This document shows, one piece after another, positions 56,281-64,000 of a DNA stretch of 64,000 bases. A program made the position numbers and the translations under genes. Location of the stretch: NCBI GenBank assembly GCA_963801355.1, contig CAWDEM010000004.1, positions 1,216,001-1,280,000 on the forward strand, in the 5' to 3' direction. This DNA comes from Ignavibacteriota bacterium (GTDB lineage Bacteria; Bacteroidota; Ignavibacteria; UBA10030; UBA6906). The notes beneath the pieces are model-generated. The model saw only the letters and a program-made list of their open reading frames with translations. It had not been told where the DNA came from and did no database searches. The number at the start of each line of letters is the position of its first letter. Position 1 is the stretch's first letter.

Positions 56281-57060
56281 ATGGATCCCCGCGGAGTGCT
56301 GAGCGTTGTCGTCGCCGTGACTGCTGCCGCTCCGAACGACCTGTTATTCCGGTGTCTCCAGCAGAACCGATTTGTCCGCGTCATAGGTACAACATCATCC
56401 GTCCAGGAAACCCGTGTTCTCCTGGGGAAAGTCGTTCCTGACCTGCTCATTGCCGACGTAGATCTTGCCGGAGGCGGAGCTTTTGCGCTGGTCGGTGATT
56501 TGGAGTCCGACCCGAAACCGGCCGTCATCTTCACCGCCAACGATGATTCCCAGGCCATCGAAGCCTTCCGCTATCAACCCCTGGATTTCATCCTTCACCC
56601 CGTGGTTGCCGATCGTGTCGAGAGTGCCCTGGCACGCGCATGTGACCGTGCGCTCGCCAGGAGATTGGAGCAGGGGGACCGGACCGTTCAGGAGGTGCTT
56701 CACCGTGCGAAACGGGGAATGCAATCCGTACTCCGGCTGATGGTGAAAACAGCCGGACGGATCAGCTTTGTCAAGGCTGAAGACATCGATTGGGTTGAGG
56801 CCGAGAGAGACTATGTCAGGATACACAATGCAGGGAAAAAGCATCTCCTGCGCCAGAAGATATCACGCCTTGAACAACAGCTCCCGGAGGACCATTTTCT
56901 GCGAATTCATCGTTCCACAATAGTCAATATTGACAGAATCAAGGAATTGCAGCCTCTTTCATTTGGAGAATACTCGGTGATTCTCTACGACGGCACGCGC
57001 CTCACTATGAGCAGATCTTTCCGTGAGCGTGTATTCGAGCGACTGCAATCGGCAGCTTGA
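56281..57060 (+). CDS. LytTR family response regulator with degenerate receiver domain
   Basis: IDWVEAERDYV, FLRIHRSTIVN, LTMSRS; receiver lacks the DD pocket and has HP instead of KP. Confidence 0.88.
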   Translation: MDPRGVLSVVVAVTAAAPNDLLFRCLQQNRFVRVIGTTSSVQETRVLLGKVVPDLLIADVDLAGGGAFALVGDLESDPKPAVIFTANDDSQAIEAFRYQPLDFILHPVVADRVESALARACDRALARRLEQGDRTVQEVLHRAKRGMQSVLRLMVKTAGRISFVKAEDIDWVEAERDYVRIHNAGKKHLLRQKISRLEQQLPEDHFLRIHRSTIVNIDRIKELQPLSFGEYSVILYDGTRLTMSRSFRERVFERLQSAA

Positions 57061-57075
57061 CGTGCTTTTTCCCCA

Positions 57076-57140
57076 CTTCATCGTCCATAAACGCGCTTCG
57101 TCGCTGCGGGCATTGCTCCTCAGGAAAAAAGAAGTATTAT
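57076..57140 (+). promoter_or_regulatory. Candidate LytTR-activated promoter of the sensor kinase
   Basis: CTTCATCG 57076 and CTTCGTCG 57096, then 31 nt, then TATTAT 57135. Confidence 0.6.
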
Positions 57141-57186
57141 GCCCTCAGCGTGGGTAAGTCTCGCGTCATTGACCGGGGTTGTGTCT

Positions 57187-60100
57187 ATGTGGCGAAACGT
57201 CTGCCGGACCATACTGCTCTTCTCCTTCCTGCCCGTTCCGCTCAACGGGCAATCGGCAGGACTCGATCCTTCGCGTGACATTACCCAGTATGCCCATCGT
57301 TTTTGGACGAAGCGGGACGGTCTGCCTCAGAACTCCGTCACCTCCATTGCGCAGACTGATGATGGATACCTGTGGTTCGGCACAATGGAAGGTCTCGCCC
57401 GCTTCAATGGTACATCGTTTTCCACGTTCAACACGCGAAATACTCCCCAGCTTGGCACCAACTATGTCATCGCTCTCCTGACTGATCATGACGGCACTCT
57501 GTGGATTGGCACAAACGGCGGAGGGCTGTCACGCATGTGCAAAGGGGAATTCCGGCGGCTCACTCTTCCCTCTGAACCGGAACGCGTCGCAGTACGCGCT
57601 ATGAAGCAGGACCGGGAAGGCGACGTGTGGGTTTCGACCACGATCGGCCTCGCACAGTTCCACGGTGATTCCCTCAAACATCTTTATACTGTCGCGGATG
57701 GCCTCCCATCCAACACCGTGTATCGTGCAGAGGAGGACACGGAGGGGCGCATTCTTGCGCTCACGCCTCGCGGCGTCTGGATTCGAGAGCGGGATTGTTT
57801 TGAACCTTTCATAGTCTCCTCTGCATGGGGTTCCTCCGAAGGAAAAAGCAAGCCGGCACAGCAGACCGAATATTCGGGAAAACGTGCGTTGGCCGCAGTG
57901 CCGACGACTCTTCTCTGCGATCGGCATGGAGCCCTCTGGATCGGAACGGGACGGGATGGCCTGTTCATTCTGCGAGGGGATTCGCTGCACAACATCAGCA
58001 TAAAGGACGGTCTGGGCGCTGGTGAGATCTCCACTCTCGTGGAGGATCAGCGCGGGACGGTCTGGGTCGGGACAATGGCAGGGGGTCTGTCGCGGGTGGT
58101 GAATGACCGCGTCTCGCACTTCACTTCGAATGAAGGCCTCTCGGGGGATGAAGTGCATTCGATCTTTGAGGACCGCGAGGGTGTGCTCTGGGTAGGGATC
58201 TCGGCGGGCGGCGTGAACAGATTCGTCAACAGCAAGTTCACCACATATCGCACCGGCCTGAACGCGGCGGAAAATATGGTCTGGGGCGTCTTTGCCGATT
58301 CCCCCGGCCGGTTATATGCATCGACGGCTACCGGGAATCTCGTGGAATACCGCAACGGTGTCTTTGAGCCGTCGTCCTTCTCCCCCGGGAAAAAACATCA
58401 TGAGGGTCCCGTCTTTTCATTTGTGCATGACCATGCCGGCGTGCGGTGGGTAGGCGGCGCGATGGGTGTCACGCGATATGCTGCACAGAGCGTGCGGGAA
58501 TATCACGTGGGGGCAACGATGTCGCTCACAGAGGATCAGTACGGGAGAATCTGGTCGGCATCGCCGGAGGGGCTCTGGTGTTTTGTCGGCGAGAAAGCCC
58601 ACCGCGTTCTTACGTCAGAGAGCGGTCAACTCCTCAAGCTGCGTGATGTGGGCATTGACAGGACCGGCAATCTGTGGTTGTCATCCCGGTTCGAGGGGGT
58701 CATGCGGTACAGGCTTCCAGGCCGGTCGGAGACCGTGCCGGTGCTCGACGAGAAAACCTGTGTGAAATTCACCAGGCATGAAGGGCTTTCCTCCGACCTG
58801 GTGACGACGATGGTTGTTGACTCCGCGGGGACAGTCTGGGTGGCGAGCGGGGGGAGCGGATTGAGCGTTATCCGGGGAACAAGGGTTTCGGTGTTGACCC
58901 CGGCTCAAGGGCTCCCGGAAGAAGGTGTGATGGGTGTGGTGCCGGACGGACACGGATGGATCTGGTTAACCTCGAACAACGGCGTGTATCGCATCAGTGC
59001 GGCCGAATTGACCGAGTACTTCGATGGTCGCCGGACATCGATTGCCGTACAGTCGTTCGGCACAAGCGATGGCATGTACAGCGATGAATTCAACGGGGGA
59101 TTTCAAGCAAGCATTGCGCGCACCCCGGATGGCAAGCTCTGGTTTCCCTCCACGTTCGGAGTCGTCATGGTGGATCCCGCGCATCTGCCCACGAACATGG
59201 TTCCTCCCGCTCTCGTGTTGGAGCGCGTGCGGATTGACAACACAGAGGGGATGCCCACTCCGAATGGCGAGTATCCGCCGGGCAATGGAGATTTTGAATT
59301 TCATTTTGTCGGACTGAGCTCGAACGCGCCGGAGCGCATTCAATACCGTTACCTCCTCGAAGGTTTCAATAAGGAATGGATTGATGCAGGGACCCGGCAC
59401 GAAGCATTCTACACGAACATCCCTCCCGGGAAGTACCGTTTCCGGGTCATTGCGCGCAACGCCGATGGGGTCTGGAACGAGGCGGGTATTTCCTTCCCCT
59501 TTGTCCTGCGGCCACACTTTTCGCAGACCGTGTGGTTTGGAATACTGATCGGCATGGTGGTGCTCGTCCTGGTCACCGGTATATGGTATCTGTACAAGCG
59601 GGACCGGGATCGTGAGCTGCAGGCATCGCAGCTTGAATCGCAGTTGACGCAGGCGCAGCTGCAAATACTCAAAATGCAGCTGCAGCCGCATTTTCTCTTC
59701 AACACGCTCAACGGCATCATGGTCCTCATCAAGGAAGACCCCGACATGGCGAGCCGGATGATCGCCCGGCTGAGCGAATTTCTACGGCTGACGCTGGAGA
59801 GCGCGGGAGAGCAGGAAGTGACATTGCGGCGCGAGCTGGAGTATCTCAGTCGTTACATCCAGATCGAGCAATTGCGTTTCGGCGACCGCCTGACCGTTGA
59901 CCAACAGGTCGATCCTGAGGTTCTGGAGGCGCTGGTGCCGAATCTCATCCTCCAACCTCTTGTGGAGAATGCGATCAAGCATGGAGTCTCCCGGCGCCGC
60001 GGGCCTGCGCGCATTTTTGTCGAAGCCGTCCGTGAAAACGGCAGCCTCACCATCCACGTTCGTGACAACGGCGAGGGGATACAGGCTGCGGACGGCGGAC

Positions 60101-60249
60101 AGTTCAAAGAAGGCATCGGCATCCGGAACACGCGGGCACGCATGCAGCACCTCTACGGGACCGCGCAGGGATTTGAGCTCTCGACTCCGGCCGGTGGAGG
60201 CGTCGATGTCAGATTGACCATCCCGTACCACAAGTCGCGAGTTGCCTGA
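57187..60249 (+). CDS. LytS-type sensor histidine kinase with beta-propeller and Y_Y_Y extracytoplasmic domains
   Basis: DGLPQNSV, G.LWxGT repeats, YTNIPPGKYRFRV, one TM, QLQPHFLFNTLN, LQPLVENAIKHG, DNGEG, GIG. Confidence 0.93.
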   Translation: MWRNVCRTILLFSFLPVPLNGQSAGLDPSRDITQYAHRFWTKRDGLPQNSVTSIAQTDDGYLWFGTMEGLARFNGTSFSTFNTRNTPQLGTNYVIALLTDHDGTLWIGTNGGGLSRMCKGEFRRLTLPSEPERVAVRAMKQDREGDVWVSTTIGLAQFHGDSLKHLYTVADGLPSNTVYRAEEDTEGRILALTPRGVWIRERDCFEPFIVSSAWGSSEGKSKPAQQTEYSGKRALAAVPTTLLCDRHGALWIGTGRDGLFILRGDSLHNISIKDGLGAGEISTLVEDQRGTVWVGTMAGGLSRVVNDRVSHFTSNEGLSGDEVHSIFEDREGVLWVGISAGGVNRFVNSKFTTYRTGLNAAENMVWGVFADSPGRLYASTATGNLVEYRNGVFEPSSFSPGKKHHEGPVFSFVHDHAGVRWVGGAMGVTRYAAQSVREYHVGATMSLTEDQYGRIWSASPEGLWCFVGEKAHRVLTSESGQLLKLRDVGIDRTGNLWLSSRFEGVMRYRLPGRSETVPVLDEKTCVKFTRHEGLSSDLVTTMVVDSAGTVWVASGGSGLSVIRGTRVSVLTPAQGLPEEGVMGVVPDGHGWIWLTSNNGVYRISAAELTEYFDGRRTSIAVQSFGTSDGMYSDEFNGGFQASIARTPDGKLWFPSTFGVVMVDPAHLPTNMVPPALVLERVRIDNTEGMPTPNGEYPPGNGDFEFHFVGLSSNAPERIQYRYLLEGFNKEWIDAGTRHEAFYTNIPPGKYRFRVIARNADGVWNEAGISFPFVLRPHFSQTVWFGILIGMVVLVLVTGIWYLYKRDRDRELQASQLESQLTQAQLQILKMQLQPHFLFNTLNGIMVLIKEDPDMASRMIARLSEFLRLTLESAGEQEVTLRRELEYLSRYIQIEQLRFGDRLTVDQQVDPEVLEALVPNLILQPLVENAIKHGVSRRRGPARIFVEAVRENGSLTIHVRDNGEGIQAADGGQFKEGIGIRNTRARMQHLYGTAQGFELSTPAGGGVDVRLTIPYHKSRVA

Positions 60250-61019
60250 TGGAACGGATTCGCACGCTGATCGTCGATGACGAACCTCTCGCCCGGAAGG
60301 GCGTGCGGCAGCTTCTGGAAGCCGATCCCGAAATCAACATCATCGGGGAATGCAGCGATGGTGTCGAAGCAGCCGAGCAGATCAAGGCCCTGCACCCCGA
60401 CCTGGTGTTTCTGGACATCCAGATGCCCGAAATGGACGGGTTTGAGACTCTCGAATCGCTCTCGGCCGATGAACTCCCCCTCGTCGTATTTGTCACGGCC
60501 TATGACCAGCATGCGCTCCGGGCATTCCAGGTGCACGCGCTGGATTATCTCCTCAAACCCTTCGACGAAGAAAGATTCCAGGAAGCGCTGGCGCGCGCCA
60601 AGTCACAACTGAGGGAGAAAGGCGGGAACCAGCTCAGCCGGCGCATACTTGAAATGCTGGATGGCACCCGTGACGAACGCCAGGGGCCGGGGCGCATCAT
60701 GGTACGCAGCGCGGGCCGCATTACGTTTGTCCGGGTGGAGGAAGTCGACTGGATCGAAGCACAGGGGGACTACGTCTGTCTGCATTGCCAGGGGAAGAAG
60801 CATCTTGTGCGGGAAAAGATCAGTGATATGGAATCGCAACTCGCTGCCGATCGGTTTCTCCGGATCCACCGGTCCACCATTGTCAGCATCCCGAGGATAA
60901 AGGAGATGCAGCCCCTTTTCCACGGCGAGTATGCCGTGGTGTTGCACGATGGGACCCGGCTCACGCTGAGCCGGTCATTCCGCGATCGTGTGTTCGAGCG
61001 CCTCTCCGGCATGCATTGA
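60249..61019 (+). CDS. LytTR family response regulator (canonical)
   Basis: VDDEPLAR, FLDIQMP, VTAYD, YLLKPF, FLRIHRS. Confidence 0.95.
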   Translation: MERIRTLIVDDEPLARKGVRQLLEADPEINIIGECSDGVEAAEQIKALHPDLVFLDIQMPEMDGFETLESLSADELPLVVFVTAYDQHALRAFQVHALDYLLKPFDEERFQEALARAKSQLREKGGNQLSRRILEMLDGTRDERQGPGRIMVRSAGRITFVRVEEVDWIEAQGDYVCLHCQGKKHLVREKISDMESQLAADRFLRIHRSTIVSIPRIKEMQPLFHGEYAVVLHDGTRLTLSRSFRDRVFERLSGMH

Positions 61020-61490
61020 CTTCCGGCTGTTCTCCCGGTCTGCGTTGCCGTCCGCGCCGGCGACATCGGATCGGGTGTCATTGAACTCGAACGAACCGGG
61101 TTTCACGTACTGGTTGTAGAACCACGCGCACAGGGTCCGCACCCGTTCACTTCTGTCGAACCTGGCGGCCAGGCGTACGGCATATACCCCCCGCGGCTCA
61201 CCCATCCTGCAGAGCGAAAGCGCCGCGACGATACGCGACGATTCCTCCTCACTGTCCCGCAGCATCTTCATTAAGGGCACAACAGCCCGGATTACTTTTT
61301 CCTCTCCCAGCATGAAGGCCGCACTCTCCCGCACGCCGGTATTTCTGGAAGCGAGCCCGCTCATCAAGTTGCGCGCGATCATCTCCCTGGTGGCGGGGGG
61401 GGAATCCTGCACCATTTTTGTCGCGCACGCCTGGGCCGCGAGACCGGTGGCCAGCATAACGAACACGACCACACCCACACCGTGTTTCAT
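60975..61490 (-). CDS. Small secreted HEAT-repeat protein
   Basis: SD AAGGAGG; signal peptide; VRESAAFMLGE..AVVPLMKML, RIVAALSL; overlaps the regulator 3' end by 45 nt. Confidence 0.75.
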   Translation of the reverse strand: MKHGVGVVVFVMLATGLAAQACATKMVQDSPPATREMIARNLMSGLASRNTGVRESAAFMLGEEKVIRAVVPLMKMLRDSEEESSRIVAALSLCRMGEPRGVYAVRLAARFDRSERVRTLCAWFYNQYVKPGSFEFNDTRSDVAGADGNADRENSRKSMHAGEALEHTIAE

Positions 61491-61532
61491 GTGACCCTCC
61501 TTTGCGGTTCGACTCCCGATGTCCATCATGCG

Positions 61533-61598
61533 AATATACGGAAGGACCATCCGCCGGGGTGCACATTTGCGATGAAGGCGTCCGGCGCATCGACGAAG
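61533..61598 (-). promoter_or_regulatory. Candidate LytTR-activated promoter of the HEAT gene
   Basis: Minus-strand CTTCGTCG (61598-61591) and CTTCATCG (61577-61570), then 31 nt, then TATATT (61538-61533). Confidence 0.6.
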
Positions 61599-61657
61599 CA
61601 CCCCGCCGGGACGATGGGAGGGCTCGCGCGCCGGTGACAACGGGCTCCCGTGTTCTC

Positions 61658-61725
61658 CATTTTGTCCTGCAGGACCCGCACTTCGTCGCAAACGGATTTG
61701 TGATTATCAGTGTGAGTCGTACAAT
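61658..61725 (+). promoter_or_regulatory. Candidate LytTR-activated promoter of the TonB receptor
   Basis: CATTTTGTCC 61658 and CACTTCGTCG 61679 (21-bp period), then 31 nt, then TACAAT 61720. Confidence 0.6.
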
Positions 61726-61857
61726 GATCCAGCGTTTGTTTGCTGAAATGTAATGACTATTCGGCCCAGTCCGCGAAGGAGGTGATGCGATCGCAAATCT
61801 TGATACGCCTTTCTCTACCAACTCATCATTCCGTTTCATCATTTCCAGGAGAGTCCC

Positions 61858-64000
61858 ATGCGCAAGAGAACTCTGTTCCTTGCCGTGTTTTTGCTTCTGT
61901 TGCCCGCTCTGACGTTCGCCTCCGGAAAGCTGCGGGGACGCGTCACGGACAAAGAGAGTCTTGAACCACTGGTCGGCGCGAACATTGCCGTCCAAGGCAC
62001 TCTGTACGGCGCGTCGTCCGACGTGAACGGCGAATATATCGTCTTGAATCTGCCGGCCGGCGCGTACACCGTCAAGGCAACGTTCATCGGATATGCGTCA
62101 ACAAGCGTCGCGAACATCCGTGTGAATAATGATCTTACCACCTCTCTTGATTTTGCCCTCTCTTCTGAGGCGGTTGCGCTGCAGGCGGTGGAAATTGTGG
62201 CCGACAGGCCTCTGGTGAACAGGAGCGCAACAAATGCCGTCCGTATCACTACCTCGGACGACATTGCCTCCCTGCCCGTGAGAGGCATCAATAACATCCT
62301 TGCCCTGGCTCCCGGCGTGGTCTTCCAGGATGGCGCAGTCTTCATCCGCGGTGGCCGTCAGGACGAAACGGGATACTATCTCGAGGGCGTGAATATCCGC
62401 AATCCGATGACAGGGGCGCGTGCGGTCTCCCTCGTCCAGGATGCCATCGAGGAGATCCAGGTGCAGGCAGGAGGGTACAATGCCGAGTTTGGCGGAGCAA
62501 ACGCGGGGATCATCCAGCAGCAATTGCGGAGCGGTACGTCGGACTGGAAGGCATCCATGCAGTACATCACCGACAACATCACGTTTAAGGGACGCTCCCA
62601 GGCGCTCGACGGAAAAAAACACCTGGGGTCATTCGGCTTCGGCTATAATGATTTCACGGCAAGCCTGAGCGGTCCATTGATGGGAGACAGGTTCAAGCTC
62701 TTCGGTCTCGTAAACTACCAGTACCAGCGTGACCAGAACCCGCAGCCCTATCCAGGGATCGATGTCGGGCCGGTGGTCGGGCAGACGGGCGATTCGATCA
62801 ATCTCGTGTATCCCGCCGGCTCGATTGCCAAGAACCCGCGCCAGGATTTGTCCGGGACGGCCACCCTGATGATGGACTTCGCCCCGCTGACGTTCCGGCT
62901 GGCGGGCACATTCACGGGCACAACGCAGTACAATATGTACAACAGCCACAGGAATGCGGGTGCCATCGCCAACCTGTTGAACGCGGACAGGACAGAGGAA
63001 ATCCGGCAACTGAACGGCGCCGGGAGTCTGAAGATGACGCACCTGTTGAACCCCACAACATATTACGAGCTTACGTTCGGTTACTTCCATCAATCACAGA
63101 AACAACTGGACCCGTACCTGGAAGACGACTTTCTGCATTATGGCGACAGTGTCGCAAACGCGAATGCAGGGTGGGTATGGCAGCGGTCGGCAGTCGATGT
63201 GTCAAGCGGACAGGTGGGGCGATACCTCCGGCCGACCAGAAGAGTGCTCTACGACTTTGGCTTCAATGCGCCGGGTGATGTTCTCGCGGGGTACGTGAAG
63301 TACAGGCGGACGAACATCAGCGTGAATGGAGCACTTGCAACGCAGATCGGCTCCGAGCACTCCCTCAAGATCGGGGGCGAATTCCAGCGCTATTCCATCA
63401 GGAACTACTCGTTCTCCAATGAAAGCGTTTTCCCTATTGCCGGTCTCCTGGCGGCAAATGCTGCGCTGGCCGACAACGATCCCAACAAGGTCACACCGGA
63501 GCAAATCCTGATCAACCGAGGTGTGAACAACTTCGGCTATGATGTCTGGGGGAACGAAATTGACGAGAGCGGTATCACCGGCCCGAAACATCCGGTGTTT
63601 GCGTCGGCGTATGTACAGGACAAAATCGAGTACAAAGACCTGATCGTGAATATCGGGCTTCGCTACGACTACATCAATATCGACAACTACGTGTTCATTG
63701 ACCCGACACGTCCGGACCTTGCCATCGATCCCTACAGCGGTGCGATTGATCCGGCAGGTATGGCAAAGGCCGGGGCATTTCATGCAGTGAGCCCGCGCAT
63801 CGGGCTTTCTTTCCCCGTCACTGATCAGACCGTGTTCCATACGCAGTTCGGTCAGTTCGTGCAACAGTCGCGTCTGGCTGACGTGTACCAGGGGCTGTAT
63901 GCAACCTCGTCCAATGTCCGGGGGGGATTCTACATTCATTCACCCGTGGGCTTTGACGTGCGCCCCACGAGGACGACCCAGTATGAAATCGGGTTCACGC
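61858..64000 (+). CDS. TonB-dependent receptor (5' part; runs off window, absent from ORF track)
   Basis: SD AGGAG; MRKRTLFLAVFLLLLPALTFASGKLRGRVTDKESLEPLVGANI..YTVKATFIGY; plug IRGGR, GGYNAEFG; barrel AYVQDKIE..GLRYDY, SPRIG. Confidence 0.92.
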   Translation, partial: MRKRTLFLAVFLLLLPALTFASGKLRGRVTDKESLEPLVGANIAVQGTLYGASSDVNGEYIVLNLPAGAYTVKATFIGYASTSVANIRVNNDLTTSLDFALSSEAVALQAVEIVADRPLVNRSATNAVRITTSDDIASLPVRGINNILALAPGVVFQDGAVFIRGGRQDETGYYLEGVNIRNPMTGARAVSLVQDAIEEIQVQAGGYNAEFGGANAGIIQQQLRSGTSDWKASMQYITDNITFKGRSQALDGKKHLGSFGFGYNDFTASLSGPLMGDRFKLFGLVNYQYQRDQNPQPYPGIDVGPVVGQTGDSINLVYPAGSIAKNPRQDLSGTATLMMDFAPLTFRLAGTFTGTTQYNMYNSHRNAGAIANLLNADRTEEIRQLNGAGSLKMTHLLNPTTYYELTFGYFHQSQKQLDPYLEDDFLHYGDSVANANAGWVWQRSAVDVSSGQVGRYLRPTRRVLYDFGFNAPGDVLAGYVKYRRTNISVNGALATQIGSEHSLKIGGEFQRYSIRNYSFSNESVFPIAGLLAANAALADNDPNKVTPEQILINRGVNNFGYDVWGNEIDESGITGPKHPVFASAYVQDKIEYKDLIVNIGLRYDYINIDNYVFIDPTRPDLAIDPYSGAIDPAGMAKAGAFHAVSPRIGLSFPVTDQTVFHTQFGQFVQQSRLADVYQGLYATSSNVRGGFYIHSPVGFDVRPTRTTQYEIGFT

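Noticed and set aside
57139-57186. Kinase start at ATG 57139
   Set aside because: It overlaps the predicted -10 element; ATG 57187 gives a better signal peptide
596-63939. Many long antisense or alternate-frame ORFs (e.g. 3145-4914 -, 24526-26073 -, 37926-39758 -, 41816-43234 -, 63202-63939 -)
   Set aside because: Shadow ORFs expected in GC-rich coding DNA; no motifs, and they lie opposite well-supported genes
1-64000. Transposases, integrases, phage or defence genes, tRNA/rRNA
   Set aside because: No recognisable motifs or structures found by eye

Overview
GC-rich bacterial chromosomal segment. A T9SS-type C-terminal domain, a PorV-family gene and a TonB-dependent receptor suggest an FCB-group (Ignavibacteria/Bacteroidota-like) organism; this is an inference. 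(1) From <1 to 49278 lies one ~49 kb run of about 37 tightly packed + strand genes resembling a very large polysaccharide-utilisation locus with no SusD in view. It contains two sodium:solute symporters, an IclR regulator, GH38, GH88-like, GH15-like and heparinase II/III-like enzymes, several uncharacterised large proteins present as paralog pairs, three sugar kinases, glycerate kinase, LarA, an OSBS/N-acylamino-acid racemase, M20 peptidase, nitrilase, cyclase, amidohydrolase, two PLP enzymes, a MetE-core-like enzyme and a URO-D-family protein. (2) From 49275 to 55182 a convergent six-gene corrinoid methyl-transfer module (two URO-D-family MTases, corrinoid protein, homocysteine S-methyltransferase, DUF1638, ASKHA activator) has no folate-binding partner. 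(3) From 55336 to 64000 are a polysaccharide deacetylase with palindromic repeats in its 5' end, a propeller-sensor LytS/LytTR system with two regulators, a HEAT-repeat protein and a partial TonB receptor. Three promoters here share an exact CTTCRTCG-N31-(-10) architecture, a candidate LytTR regulon. Four clear single-base frameshifts (plus one possible) are probably sequencing errors. No rRNA, tRNA, CRISPR or transposase was seen. All calls come from motif reading only; no searches were run.
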